From Methanobacteriota archaeon (lineage in GTDB: Archaea > Thermoplasmatota > E2 > DHVEG-1): DNA of 64,000 nucleotides. Location: positions 640,001 to 704,000 of the forward strand of contig CAVYNH010000006.1 in the NCBI GenBank assembly GCA_963769885.1, in the 5' to 3' direction. Position 1 is the stretch's first letter; each line of letters opens with the position of its first letter. The notes under the pieces are model-generated. The model saw nothing but the letters and a program-made list of their open reading frames with translations, was not told the origin of the DNA and did no database searches. Below, one piece after another: positions 19,788 through 29,901 of the stretch. Position numbers and translations under genes: made by a program.

Positions 19788-21050
19788 CTATCGTGACACC
19801 TCAATCGTCTCGAGCTCCTGCTGCCGCGTCTCGTACGGATGGAACAGCAACACCAGCGGGATCGGGACCCACGCCACGATCCCCGCCGCGACCCAGAACA
19901 GCTGCATCCCCGGCGACACCGTCAACAGCACCGCGGCCAGCACCGGCCCCGCCACGTACGACACCCGCGCGACCGCCGTCGTCCACCCCATGCAGATCCC
20001 CCGCCGCTCTGTCGGGAAAATCTCCGGGATAAACACCAGGATCCACACGTACGCAAACCCGATGAAAAACCCAGACGCGATCATCAACCCCACCGCCGCG
20101 CCCAGCGGGACGAGCCCGATCAGCAGCAGGCACAGTCCCATCCCCACGCTACCCGTCAGCAGGCCCAACTTGCGACCCACCTTGTCCATCATCCAGCCGC
20201 CCGTCAGCGCGCCGCCCATGATCGCCAGCAGCCCGCCCAGCAGCACCAGCGACCACCGATCCAGCGAGAACCCATGAATGTCCCGGAAGAAATGCCCAGC
20301 CCAGACCAGCAGCATCCCGACGATCAGCCCGCACATCCAGACGACCGAGGAGAACGCGATGTACTTCACATCCTGCCGGTTGATCCTCCCCCGGCCGAGC
20401 AGGCCGTGCCGTCGCTTCCCCAGCCGTCGTTCCTCCCTGATGATTTCGTACCGCTTCGTCTCCTTCATGAACACCCACAAAAGGAGCACCGGGATCATGA
20501 ACAGGAACATCACGCCGTACATCCACTTCCAGCTCACCCCCATCCGCTGCAGCAGCGAGGGGATTGCGGCCTGCAGCGGGATCATGCTGGCGAAGTACAC
20601 CACCGAGGCCAGCTTCGCGCGCCGCGCCGCCGGCACCTCCTCGCTCAGCGGGATCGCCCACATGTTCGACACCGTCGCGAACGTGACGACCGTGAAGAAC
20701 AGCATGAACCAGTGGAATGACGGCGTCGCATAGACGATGCCCAGCGACCCGAGGCCGAAGAGCAGGATGAGGAGCAGCAGCGTCCGCTTCCGCCCGATGA
20801 CGTCATTCAGGCCGTTCAGCAGGAATATCAGCAGCGTCGGCAGCAGGTACAGGGCCTTCCACCATGAATACTGCTCGGAACTGACATTATACTCTGCCAG
20901 AATATTCGGGATCGCGGTCGTCTCAATGTAGGAAAGATACTGGTCCATGAGGGCGACCATCGCCAGGAAGACGACGAGAAAGAGGATGTACTGCTGAGAC
21001 CGTTGAGCCACATTCTCAAAGCCTGTCTGGTTTGATTGCGAGCGACGCAT
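19788..21050 (-). CDS. MFS transporter
   Basis: About 12 hydrophobic segments; DVIGRK and DKVGRK motif A; PEIFPTERRG. Confidence 0.9.
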   Translation of the reverse strand: MRRSQSNQTGFENVAQRSQQYILFLVVFLAMVALMDQYLSYIETTAIPNILAEYNVSSEQYSWWKALYLLPTLLIFLLNGLNDVIGRKRTLLLLILLFGLGSLGIVYATPSFHWFMLFFTVVTFATVSNMWAIPLSEEVPAARRAKLASVVYFASMIPLQAAIPSLLQRMGVSWKWMYGVMFLFMIPVLLLWVFMKETKRYEIIREERRLGKRRHGLLGRGRINRQDVKYIAFSSVVWMCGLIVGMLLVWAGHFFRDIHGFSLDRWSLVLLGGLLAIMGGALTGGWMMDKVGRKLGLLTGSVGMGLCLLLIGLVPLGAAVGLMIASGFFIGFAYVWILVFIPEIFPTERRGICMGWTTAVARVSYVAGPVLAAVLLTVSPGMQLFWVAAGIVAWVPIPLVLLFHPYETRQQELETIEVSR

Positions 21051-21241
21051 CCGGCGGACAGGATGCTCGCGGAAATTTATAAAGCTACCTTTTGAAGCCG
21101 CACCAGAACAACGCTGTCGTTATCGGTACTTGACGATGTTCGGTGCCCGTGCCGTTTTGCCAGTCGCTGAACCACATTGCCTCGTTGCCCGGAACTCTTA
21201 TGAATTCCTGGCCGTTTATCGTATCCTCTGGTGAGAACGTT

Positions 21242-22060
21242 ATGAATGGGACAATGGTGATTCTTGCTGTCGCCGTCGCATGCCTCGTTGCAGGAGTTTC
21301 TGGGTGCATCATGCCCGGGACGCGATCGATAGAGACTGTGACCCTGCACTATCAGATGACGTCAGGCCAAGAGATCGACGTCATGAACAGCAACGGGAAT
21401 ATCCATATCGTTGCGTACAACGGCAGCAACCTCACTGTTCAGGCGAAGAAGATGACCTACGGCGGGTCTGGGGATCTGAAGAATATCAATGTCAGCATCG
21501 TCGAGGAAAACAACCACGTGCGGATTAGGACCGTGTTCACTGGTTCTTCTATAAGCCCGCAACGGCAGGTCGACTATACAATCTCGGTACCCCGCAACGT
21601 CAGTGTCGGTGCTGTCTCCACGTCGAATAACCAGATCACCGTCTCCGGTGTGAGAGGTGACGTGGTTGCGTCGACGTCGAACGCGCAGATTCTCATAGAG
21701 AATGTCGATGGGTTCGTCTCCGCGTCCACGAGTAACGCGCACATCGGCTTGACCGGGACGTCGGGGATTGCGCATGTTCAGACGTCGAACGCGGCGATCA
21801 ACACGGAGGTCTTCGGCCTTGCCAACTCGACGGTCATCCAGACGAGTAATGCCGCGATTACGATCTCGATTCTGCCGACGTTGAATGCGACGCTTGATTT
21901 GCAGACGTCCGACAGCAGCATTCATACGAGTGGGGTTCCGTTGGTTGTCACGACATCGGAGGGGAACCATCTTGTGGGGACGCTCGGCTCCGGCGGGAAG
22001 CACCTTACGGTTCAGACCTCGAATGCGGAGATTATCGTCAATGCAGTAGGAACCATTTGA
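21242..22060 (+). CDS. Lipoprotein with DUF4097-type beta-strand repeats
   Basis: VSGC lipobox; repeated (S/Q)TSNA.I motif; GGTGAG SD. Confidence 0.82.
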   Translation: MNGTMVILAVAVACLVAGVSGCIMPGTRSIETVTLHYQMTSGQEIDVMNSNGNIHIVAYNGSNLTVQAKKMTYGGSGDLKNINVSIVEENNHVRIRTVFTGSSISPQRQVDYTISVPRNVSVGAVSTSNNQITVSGVRGDVVASTSNAQILIENVDGFVSASTSNAHIGLTGTSGIAHVQTSNAAINTEVFGLANSTVIQTSNAAITISILPTLNATLDLQTSDSSIHTSGVPLVVTTSEGNHLVGTLGSGGKHLTVQTSNAEIIVNAVGTI

Positions 22061-22111
22061 ATGGGATAGACGTTTTTCTTCTCATCTTCGTTTCCAAAGG
22101 GCTATCATAAA

Positions 22112-22201
22112 GTATCCTAGATGGTCAGAAATAAATGATGTACCCTAGATGGTACATCGATATGAAAACCAGTACTATGGAGGATACACAGTAGAGATTT
22201 T
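22112..22201 (+). repeat. Three tandem copies of the cassette site (L0a-c)
   Basis: 22112 GTATCCTAGA TGGTCAGAAA TAAATGATGT; 22140 GTACCCTAGA TGGTACATCG ATATGAAAAC; 22172 GTACTATGGA GGATACACAG TAGAGATTTT. Confidence 0.7.
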
Positions 22202-22250
22202 TTATCAGGGACGAAGTATAATGCTCGTGAGGAGCCATGAATCATGCGGC

Positions 22251-22280
22251 ACTTACTACCGGGTCAGATTGATGAAAAAC
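22251..22280 (+). repeat. Degenerate cassette site L1
   Basis: ACTTACTACC GGGTCAGATT GATGAAAAAC; core matches, arms poor. Confidence 0.4.
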
Positions 22281-22432
22281 CCCCCCCACCACACTCCACC
22301 GTCACCCGTATGAGCCTCACCTCCTACGACGGGCCCGATTTCCTTTACGGTCTCCACTCTGGAAAAACGTGCGCGTCAATATGCGCAGCAGCCGTCAATA
22401 TATCATTATTCCAGGACGCCGTAACGTCCTTT

Positions 22433-24265
22433 TCATGGTGCCTGTTTTGGCGTCCTGTCGATGTTGGTGACAGGGATCTTTATCGTGTGGTAGTTCGGCC
22501 AATCTCCGTACGTAATCCGGATTTCCCCATGGATGATTTTCGGTTGAGATAGAGGTTCGCCCCAGTAATTATGAGACCAATGGTTCCATAAGCAGTTTGT
22601 GAAGGAGGCTGGCTCATCACCGCAATTAACAAACGAGTTGCCTCGCATAATCATCACCCGGCAGGACGTGAGCGTAATGGAACCGTTGCCGTCCGTGACG
22701 GTATTGTCTCGGACAAACCCTAGTTTCACGCGAGTCAAAATGATACCACGGTCACCAGCCGGGGGGTGAATGTCATTCTTGATGATTCGGTTTAGGATGC
22801 CGTATTCCACGGCGATGACTCCTTGCTGGAGCGCATTATTCTCAACGAGGGCATTGTGGCATACGCTTAACCCGATGCCGCCCGATTCAAACACATTGTC
22901 CCGGATGATGACGTGCCGTGAGGAGCTGCAGATGAGCCGGCTATACACATTCGTATAGGTTCCATGGACGATGTTGTTGACGAACTTGACGTTCGTGCTC
23001 CCTCCGATAGCGGCTTCGCCTAGATCACTGGAAAACCCAAGATCGTTGTGCACGATTGTGGTATCGTGGCAGTTTCTGACGTCGAGGAGGTTGAAGAAGA
23101 TCTCCCAGCGGCTGTCACTTATGGTATTATCGCTGATGGTCGTGCCCTTGCAGTTCTCCAGGGTGATGCTGGAGAGGCAGGACGTTAGGTTGTTATTCGT
23201 GATGACGCAGTCGTTGCAGTTCCAGCACTGAACCGCGAGATTCGCATCGGTGAGTACCGAGTCGCGGATGGTGATGGCGGTGCAGTTGATGAGGATGACT
23301 TGGCCCCCGTTCTGGGTGATTGTCTGGTCGGTCTCCCTCTCTAAATAGCGGATGGGGGCGCCGTTGAGGAGGTTTCCTGTCATTGTGTTGCCGTAGCATT
23401 GGTAGACTTCGAGGCCGTCATGGACGAAGACGTTGTCGGTAATCTCGCAGTCGGTACACATACCCATGCCAAGACCGGCGACCGTGTTGTTCTCGCAGAG
23501 GTTCCCGTGTATCTGTGAGGAGTTGGATAACACAAGGCAGATGCCGTATTCATTGCCGATCAGGATGTTGTCCATGATGTGTGTTCGTAGTGAGTCGTTG
23601 GCGTAGATGCTCATTTCGTCTTCATTGGTGACCGTGTTGTTGTCGATGGTGTTGTCTGGGCAGGCGAAGAGTTCGACTTGGAGGTCAAAACTTGAGCTGC
23701 GGATGGAGTTGTGGGTGATGCGGTTGAAGGTCGAGTCGTGTTCCAGCCGGATGCTGATGCCGTTCCACCGGAAGTAGCTCTCGCTGATGAGGCAGTGTGA
23801 GGAGGCGTTGAGGCGGATGCCCAGTTCGCTGGTTTGGATGACGAGGTCGGTGAGGATGACGTTGTTGGCGTGGACGTTGATGCATGCAGGGTACGGCCAC
23901 CATTCGGCGGTGTTCTTTATCAGAAATTCTTTGATGGTGACGCCGTCGGTGGTGACGTGTATTGTGTCGGCGGTGTCGTTGCCGATGATGATTGTCGAGT
24001 TGCGGTCTTCTCCTTGGAGCGTGATGGTTTTTGGAATGGTGAGGTATTCATAGTATGGTGCGGAGTCGTTGAAGACGTAGATGGTGTCGCCATTGTTTGA
24101 GGCGTTTATGGCTTGTTGGATGGTGGTGTAGTTGCCGGGTCCGCTGCCGCCGACGTACAATGTCGCTTCCATGCGTGCATCATCGTGTGGATTGACGCCT
24201 TGGGTTGGTGTGACACAGCTGAGCGTTACCAGTATGCTTGCCACTATGACCATAAATCCTTTCAT
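22433..24265 (-). CDS. Secreted NosD/CASH beta-helix protein (cassette cargo)
   Basis: LYVGGSGPGNYTTIQQAI, long N-rich beta-helix, HNYW. Confidence 0.88.
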   Translation of the reverse strand: MKGFMVIVASILVTLSCVTPTQGVNPHDDARMEATLYVGGSGPGNYTTIQQAINASNNGDTIYVFNDSAPYYEYLTIPKTITLQGEDRNSTIIIGNDTADTIHVTTDGVTIKEFLIKNTAEWWPYPACINVHANNVILTDLVIQTSELGIRLNASSHCLISESYFRWNGISIRLEHDSTFNRITHNSIRSSSFDLQVELFACPDNTIDNNTVTNEDEMSIYANDSLRTHIMDNILIGNEYGICLVLSNSSQIHGNLCENNTVAGLGMGMCTDCEITDNVFVHDGLEVYQCYGNTMTGNLLNGAPIRYLERETDQTITQNGGQVILINCTAITIRDSVLTDANLAVQCWNCNDCVITNNNLTSCLSSITLENCKGTTISDNTISDSRWEIFFNLLDVRNCHDTTIVHNDLGFSSDLGEAAIGGSTNVKFVNNIVHGTYTNVYSRLICSSSRHVIIRDNVFESGGIGLSVCHNALVENNALQQGVIAVEYGILNRIIKNDIHPPAGDRGIILTRVKLGFVRDNTVTDGNGSITLTSCRVMIMRGNSFVNCGDEPASFTNCLWNHWSHNYWGEPLSQPKIIHGEIRITYGDWPNYHTIKIPVTNIDRTPKQAP

Positions 24266-24405
24266 AGTTACGCTTCCTCAGTGTTTTTTTAAAGAATATT
24301 CTCGTATTAATATTTTTTCTTATAAAATAATTCGTCTTTATAAGAAGGGTTGTATGTGATTTCTTCAAACCATCGTGCGTGTTGAAAGGATTCGATATTT
24401 TCAGG

Positions 24406-24435
24406 AAGCCGCATAGGGTCAAAGGTGCAAAAAGG
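24406..24435 (+). repeat. Cassette site L2 (degenerate)
   Basis: AAGCCGCATA GGGTCAAAGG TGCAAAAAGG; keeps A10, GGTCAA and T21. Confidence 0.55.
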
Positions 24436-24532
24436 AGAAGTCGCTTCAGAAAAATCGAGAAATAGAGATTGACCTCATCCCCTGGTGCAGGTACCCCCAG
24501 TCGGAGTACGCTTTCACCTGGTTCGTGTCGTT

Positions 24533-25603
24533 TTAGTATGGCTGGAATGGTGTTTGGGCGGGTCGCCAGTCGAATGCCACTCGGGTCTGGGGCACTACCT
24601 CGGTGATTGCGAAGATGTAGATGCAGAATATAGTAAATCCGAAGATGGGATGCGGAAAGAGGCTGGGTTTTCCCCAGTAGTTATGTCGCCAGTGTGATGC
24701 CTCGATGACTTTGTAGTCCTTGAAATATTGGTTCCAGGATTGGTTGATCATCCCCCGTAGTTTGTAGATTGCTTCGCTTATGGGGCCGTTGATGAACCGG
24801 GCGCCGGTTCCCGCGTCTTTAAAGTTGTTTTCGGTGACGAGGTCTTTGCATAGGATGAGTCCTATGCCGAGCTCTGAGTGGTTCATGGTGTTCCGTTGGA
24901 ATGTGTTGTGATAGCCCCATTCATCAATGATGCAGGTGCCTTCATCGGTGAAGTAGTTCGAGGAGATGTTACTGTCATGCGTATATTCGAGGATAATGCC
25001 TCTGCTGTTTCCTTGGAAGGTGTTGTGTGCGATGGTGGTCTTGCGGACGCCTGAGCATCGTATCCCGTAGCTCACGTCGATGAAAGAGGAGTGGTCGATC
25101 GTGTTCCCTTGGAGGAGCGGTGCGGTCCGGTTGTAGTCACTAATGTAGATGCCATACGCGCCTCTCTCAAAACTCATGTCTGAAATGAGGTTGTTGTTCG
25201 TATAGATCTCCAAGGCAAATCCATTCGAGATGGCGATGAGCGTGATGCCGCTGATGGTGACGTTGTCTGCTAGGATTCTGATGAGAGGACTGTACGGACC
25301 AGGGTATGGGGCTGTTCCATTGAGGATTGTGGTCTGTCGCTGTTCGCCGAGTAGCGTGATGGAGTGGTTGACGAGGACTGGTTCTCGGTACGGCGCGGAG
25401 TCGTCGTAGACGAAGACGGTGTCGCCGTCCGTGGCTGCGTCGACCGCTGCTTGGATTGTGGTGTAGTTGCCTGGGTTGCTGCCTCCGACGTAGAGCCATG
25501 TGGAGAGCGGTGCGTTCTTCGGTGTTGGTGTCATCCCTACGGCGGGGATTGCAAGGCAGACGGTCACCAGCAGTACACAGACGATTTGTTGAAGCTTTGC
25601 CAT
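24533..25603 (-). CDS. Secreted NosD/CASH beta-helix protein (cassette cargo)
   Basis: LYVGGSNPGNYTTIQ, HNYW, FDWRPAQTP. Confidence 0.88.
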   Translation of the reverse strand: MAKLQQIVCVLLVTVCLAIPAVGMTPTPKNAPLSTWLYVGGSNPGNYTTIQAAVDAATDGDTVFVYDDSAPYREPVLVNHSITLLGEQRQTTILNGTAPYPGPYSPLIRILADNVTISGITLIAISNGFALEIYTNNNLISDMSFERGAYGIYISDYNRTAPLLQGNTIDHSSFIDVSYGIRCSGVRKTTIAHNTFQGNSRGIILEYTHDSNISSNYFTDEGTCIIDEWGYHNTFQRNTMNHSELGIGLILCKDLVTENNFKDAGTGARFINGPISEAIYKLRGMINQSWNQYFKDYKVIEASHWRHNYWGKPSLFPHPIFGFTIFCIYIFAITEVVPQTRVAFDWRPAQTPFQPY

Positions 25604-25828
25604 TCTTTCTTCCCTTTTATTATAAATGAAGGGTGGATATTAAAAAGTATGGGTATAAATAAGAAAAGGTGGTTTTAAAAGGTAAATAATAGCCTAGTTT
25701 CTTTCTTGGATGTCTCCCGTGTGCATGTCATGTAATAATGAGAATGTACTTCTTGCTTGCTTCTGGCTTTGGGAGAGTGGGTATTTTGAGACAACGCCGA
25801 ATTCATTCACATAGCCAAAATTAACAGG

Positions 25829-25858
25829 GTACTCTTCATGGTCAAAGATTCAAGAAAG
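25829..25858 (+). repeat. Cassette site L3
   Basis: GTACTCTTCA TGGTCAAAGA TTCAAGAAAG. Confidence 0.75.
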
Positions 25859-25925
25859 TGAAGTAACGTAAGAAAAAGAGAATAATATAAATATTAGGAA
25901 AGAATTATTTTAATGAAGATTCCAA

Positions 25926-27234
25926 ATGAAAAAAATGATTATCCGCCAGAGTATTGCGATATTCTTGGTGGCTTTACTCTTCCCTACCGTCTTCGTTCCT
26001 CCGATGTCTCCTCTCGCGGCACGCCACGTTCCTCTAGGAAGCAGTCCCCTCTGCTCAAACGACAGCTGCGAGCTGGATCTGCTCATCGGTGAGATTAATT
26101 TCTCCATTCTTCCACCAACGCCACCGCATCCGTTCAACATCTCATATTCTTTGCCTCCAATCTACAACAACCAGGCGCCCATCCTCGTTTCCATCTTGAA
26201 TGACACCACGGCGGACATCCTCAAGTACGCCATTATCAATGACACTGAGCCGAATGTGCGCATCACCTTCCTGATTTCCTCAAACGCGACGCCAACAGCT
26301 CCGTTCCTCCATTTCATGTTTTGGGTTCTCGGTACAAAACAATGATTTCAGTGGGTTTGTGAACGATTCACGGATTCCGACGCTAGACGAACTGCCCGAG
26401 GAGACCAAGGCATGGCTTGCCGCGACAGAGGCTGTGCAATCCCATAATATTCTGATTCGCATGAAGGCCCACTCGCTCCTCCTTAGAACCGACTGTCTGA
26501 ACGTGCTTGCCGCACGCATTGTGAAATACACCTCGCTGCATGAGATGCGGCTTTGGCTATGGTATTTCTTTAACGCCCTGCCGACGAACACCCGCTCGGG
26601 ATGGGCCAAATACTTGGATGCCGCATCGTCGTTGTTCTTCGGAGGAACGTGCACGGGCAGAGCCAATCTTGGCACCGCGCTCTTCCGGGCGAACGGCGTA
26701 CCCGCCAGAGTCCTTCACGTCATGCCAACATGGTCCAGCGGGTGGTACGATATGCATTACATCAGTGAGTATTACAGTCTAGACAACGGCTGGGTCCTTG
26801 CGGAGACTGTGTTGGGCATCACCCCGTTGGAACAAAAGCAGAATATCATTCTGCGGGTGAACTATCCCGCGGATGAGGATACAGCAGGTAATCGAGGGGA
26901 CTATTACGGCGGATGTGAACCGTGGTTTTGGATGGATGCCAACGTGATGATCTATTGGACTCACCAGGGGTCCGGTGCGCAATCCTGGCTTCATAATGCC
27001 TTGTGGACAGACAACGACACAAGTGCTCAAAGCTTGGCCATCACGAAGATGGTCTATCCGATGTTCATCAAATACGCAGGGGTGGAATTGACTGGGGAGA
27101 ACCAGCACCATTACTCCAATGCGATTCTTGCTGAGGTGAGTGCCATCAACTGCTTCACCCAGTTGGACATCACTGGGTACCTTGCGAACATGACGCTAGC
27201 GTATCAAGAATTTTCTCAGATATCGTACCCGTAA
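25926..27234 (+). CDS. Secreted transglutaminase-like protein (apparent frameshift at 26331-26332)
   Basis: GTCTGRANL..ALFRANGVPARV, MHYISEYY, GWVLAE; deleting one G fuses the two ORFs. Confidence 0.82.
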
Positions 27235-27242
27235 TTTTTAGT

Positions 27243-27272
27243 GAACCCCTTATGGTCAACCCTATAGGGATG
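27243..27272 (+). repeat. Cassette site L4
   Basis: GAACCCCTTA TGGTCAACCC TATAGGGATG, 8 bp after the upstream stop. Confidence 0.75.
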
Positions 27273-27349
27273 GTTTTATAATCTATGAAGGTTATCATCT
27301 TTGATAACTAACATATATTTATATACCTTGAATGCCCATACATACGCAT

Positions 27350-27931
27350 ATGCCAATTATGAAGTATCAAGACCAACTTCACACCGTCCTTCAAAAACCA
27401 GTCTTCGGCGTCAGCGATTTCGTCGCAAATGGCATCCCTCGACCTTACGTAAAACAACTCCTTCATCGACTGGAAACCTCGGGTAAAATCACCCGCATCG
27501 AACGCGGCAAGTACACCACCTCAGAAGACCCGATTACCGTCAGCGTCTACCTCACGAGCCCCTGCTACCTTTCCATGTGGACCGCATTGTCCATCCGCAA
27601 ACTCACGACACAGCTACCGTTCTCGGTTGAAATCGTCACGACACGTCAACGATATCGGCGAACAATCACATTCAAAGGAACTCCCATTGTCTTCTATCGT
27701 GTTCGCCCGACGATGCTCTATGGCTACGAGAATATCCTGTGGAAAGACCATCGAGTTCCCGTGGCACGGCCGGAGAAGATTATCGTCGACGCCCTCTACT
27801 TCCACGCTATACCGTTAGGGGAACTCGATGAGGTCTTCGACGCAGCTGAGCATAAGCTCTTGCGGACCTATGCGCAGATGACGGGCGATGCCCGTATCAT
27901 CGCCATCATAAAGGAGCGGCTCGCATGTTGA
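27350..27931 (+). CDS. Type IV TA antitoxin, AbiEi-like
   Basis: N-terminal wHTH (L.RLE..GKITRIERGKY), YLSMWTAL, PEK.IVD; overlaps the toxin gene; exact start uncertain. Confidence 0.85.
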   Translation: MPIMKYQDQLHTVLQKPVFGVSDFVANGIPRPYVKQLLHRLETSGKITRIERGKYTTSEDPITVSVYLTSPCYLSMWTALSIRKLTTQLPFSVEIVTTRQRYRRTITFKGTPIVFYRVRPTMLYGYENILWKDHRVPVARPEKIIVDALYFHAIPLGELDEVFDAAEHKLLRTYAQMTGDARIIAIIKERLAC

Positions 27932-28662
27932 CGTCACCAGAGGTTAAACGCTATGCCCATGCCCGCCGTATCACCCTGCTTGACCAGGCATGGAAGGACT
28001 ACCTCCAGGACCTTGTCCTCTCGCTGCTCTACCGTCAGTGGCCCAGTCTCCTGTTCCGCGGTGGAACCTGCATCTGGAAGGTCATGCACGGCGACCGGTT
28101 CTCCGAGGACCTCGACCTATGCCTTGAGACGAAGGCGCCTGGTACGATTGAGGAATACCTCACCAAGGAGCTCTCGTACTATGGGTTTTCCTGCGCAGTC
28201 CGGAGGAAGAAGCAGACGGAAAGCATGCTGTTCCTCGCCTTAGGAATCACCTCGCCTACGCACCCGCGTGAAATCACGTTAGCGGTTGAGATCCTGCGGG
28301 CATCTCCCTGCGCCCGGCGCAAGGAAACCGTGACGATGTACTCGCCCTATCCGGATATCGCGCCTATTGAGATTAATGTCCCTCATCGAGATGAGATCAT
28401 AGCTGACAAGATAGGCGCGGTATGCCAGCGGGACAAGCCGCGCGACATCCACGACCTTTATCTCCTCCTGAAACAAGGTGGGCATGTTGACATGGTATTG
28501 GTCCAAGAAAGGATCCCGCATTTCACTATCGATATGCTTCGGGAAAAACTTCGGGAGAAAAAGAGACTCTGGAAAAGTCTAGGACCCCTTGTCGTGACGA
28601 AGCTGCCATCGTTCGATGAGGAGGTCGCTTACATCACATCTTTTTTCGCATGTGGCTGTTAA
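27925..28662 (+). CDS. Type IV TA toxin, AbiEii/AbiGii nucleotidyltransferase
   Basis: FRGGT, RFSEDLD, ADKI.A...RDKPRDIHDL. Confidence 0.9.
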   Translation: MLTSPEVKRYAHARRITLLDQAWKDYLQDLVLSLLYRQWPSLLFRGGTCIWKVMHGDRFSEDLDLCLETKAPGTIEEYLTKELSYYGFSCAVRRKKQTESMLFLALGITSPTHPREITLAVEILRASPCARRKETVTMYSPYPDIAPIEINVPHRDEIIADKIGAVCQRDKPRDIHDLYLLLKQGGHVDMVLVQERIPHFTIDMLREKLREKKRLWKSLGPLVVTKLPSFDEEVAYITSFFACGC

Positions 28663-28704
28663 TTCCTATAAAATTCTGCCCTTTTTCATATAAACAAATT
28701 CAAT

Positions 28705-28734
28705 GTATCCTGGAGGGTCAGACCTAGAAGAATC
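28705..28734 (+). repeat. Cassette site L5
   Basis: GTATCCTGGA GGGTCAGACC TAGAAGAATC. Confidence 0.8.
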
Positions 28735-28918
28735 ATTACATTGACCCCTACATTTTTGTAATAATATGATACTATTCATATTTTGTAGAAGTAATTTTTT
28801 TTTTATGTCGATTGGCTATTTTTCCAGTTGTCTTCACAATAGGGATGAAACAATAAATACCTCTACTTTTTTTTAAAATACAAAAAGTTTATTAATTTGT
28901 AGAGGTATATTGATAATC

Positions 28919-29824
28919 ATGGTGTTTGTGAAAAAGAAAGTCGTCCAGGGGAAATCCTACTATTATCTCGAGCACAGCTATCGGAAGGATGGAAAAGTCC
29001 ACAAACTCACAAAATATCTTGGAACGACACTACCCCCCTCTCTCGACCACGAAAAAGAGACGTTCCTGGTCAGTCACTATCAAGAGATCTGGTACCCCCT
29101 TTTCGAGATTATTAAGAAAAACTATACGTCCGAGCAGGTAAAACAACCGCGGGATATTGCGAAAAAAGAAATGGAGCGTTTCACCACCATGTTCACCTAT
29201 ACGACGAACCGTATCGAAGGATCAGCCCTGACCCTGCGCGAAACAGCGGAACTCCTCGAACATGGTTTATCTCCCCGGCATAGGCCACTGAGTGATGTGA
29301 AAGAAGCGGAGGCGCATAAAGCCGTCTTTAACGCGATGCTTACCTATGATCACGAGCTGAGCCTTTCAACGGTTTTGCACTGGCATAAAAACCTTTTTTC
29401 CCAGACCAAAGCTTCCGACGCCGGTCGCATCCGCACGTACCAAGTCGGCATCTCAGGTAGTAGATACGAACCACCTCTCCCGATAGAGCTTGAGTTCCTC
29501 CTCCATGAGTTCTTTCACTGGTACCATAAAAACAAACACACCATGCATCCGGTTCATCTTGCAGCACTCGTTCACTTACGGTTTGTCAGCATCCATCCTT
29601 TTGGAGACGGGAACGGACGCCTGTCTCGACTTCTGATGAACTATGTTTTGCACAAGTATGGATATCCCATGCTCATCATCGATTACAACCAACGGCATAG
29701 CTATTACACAGCGCTTGAACGTAGTCACCTCACGAAGGATGAGAGCATCTTTGTCCAGTGGTTTTTCAAACGCTATTGCAAGGAATACAGAAGGTTTTTA
29801 CAGGAAAAAAGAAAAGTCAAATAA
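28919..29824 (+). CDS. Fic family protein
   Basis: HPFGDGNGRLSR catalytic motif; TNRIEGS inhibitory-helix-like motif. Confidence 0.93.
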   Translation: MVFVKKKVVQGKSYYYLEHSYRKDGKVHKLTKYLGTTLPPSLDHEKETFLVSHYQEIWYPLFEIIKKNYTSEQVKQPRDIAKKEMERFTTMFTYTTNRIEGSALTLRETAELLEHGLSPRHRPLSDVKEAEAHKAVFNAMLTYDHELSLSTVLHWHKNLFSQTKASDAGRIRTYQVGISGSRYEPPLPIELEFLLHEFFHWYHKNKHTMHPVHLAALVHLRFVSIHPFGDGNGRLSRLLMNYVLHKYGYPMLIIDYNQRHSYYTALERSHLTKDESIFVQWFFKRYCKEYRRFLQEKRKVK

Positions 29825-29838
29825 CTGCTGCCTATGCG

Positions 29839-29868
29839 GTACCAGAGATGGCCACACTTACGGGGTAC
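29839..29868 (+). repeat. Cassette site L6
   Basis: GTACCAGAGA TGGCCACACT TACGGGGTAC (GTACC...GGTAC dyad) between convergent stops. Confidence 0.7.
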
Positions 29869-29901
29869 TTGAGATAGCGAAATCGACTGGCAGAACAACT
29901 T

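Noticed and set aside
7089-20733. Many long overlapping alternative-frame ORFs (e.g. 8478-9488, 11029-12093, 16146-17006, 19839-20720)
   Set aside because: Shadow frames caused by strong third-position codon bias in well-identified genes
24465-28755. Inverted TTGACC half-sites shortly after L2 (about 24469) and L5 (28741)
   Set aside because: Only the core matches and spacing differs; could be chance
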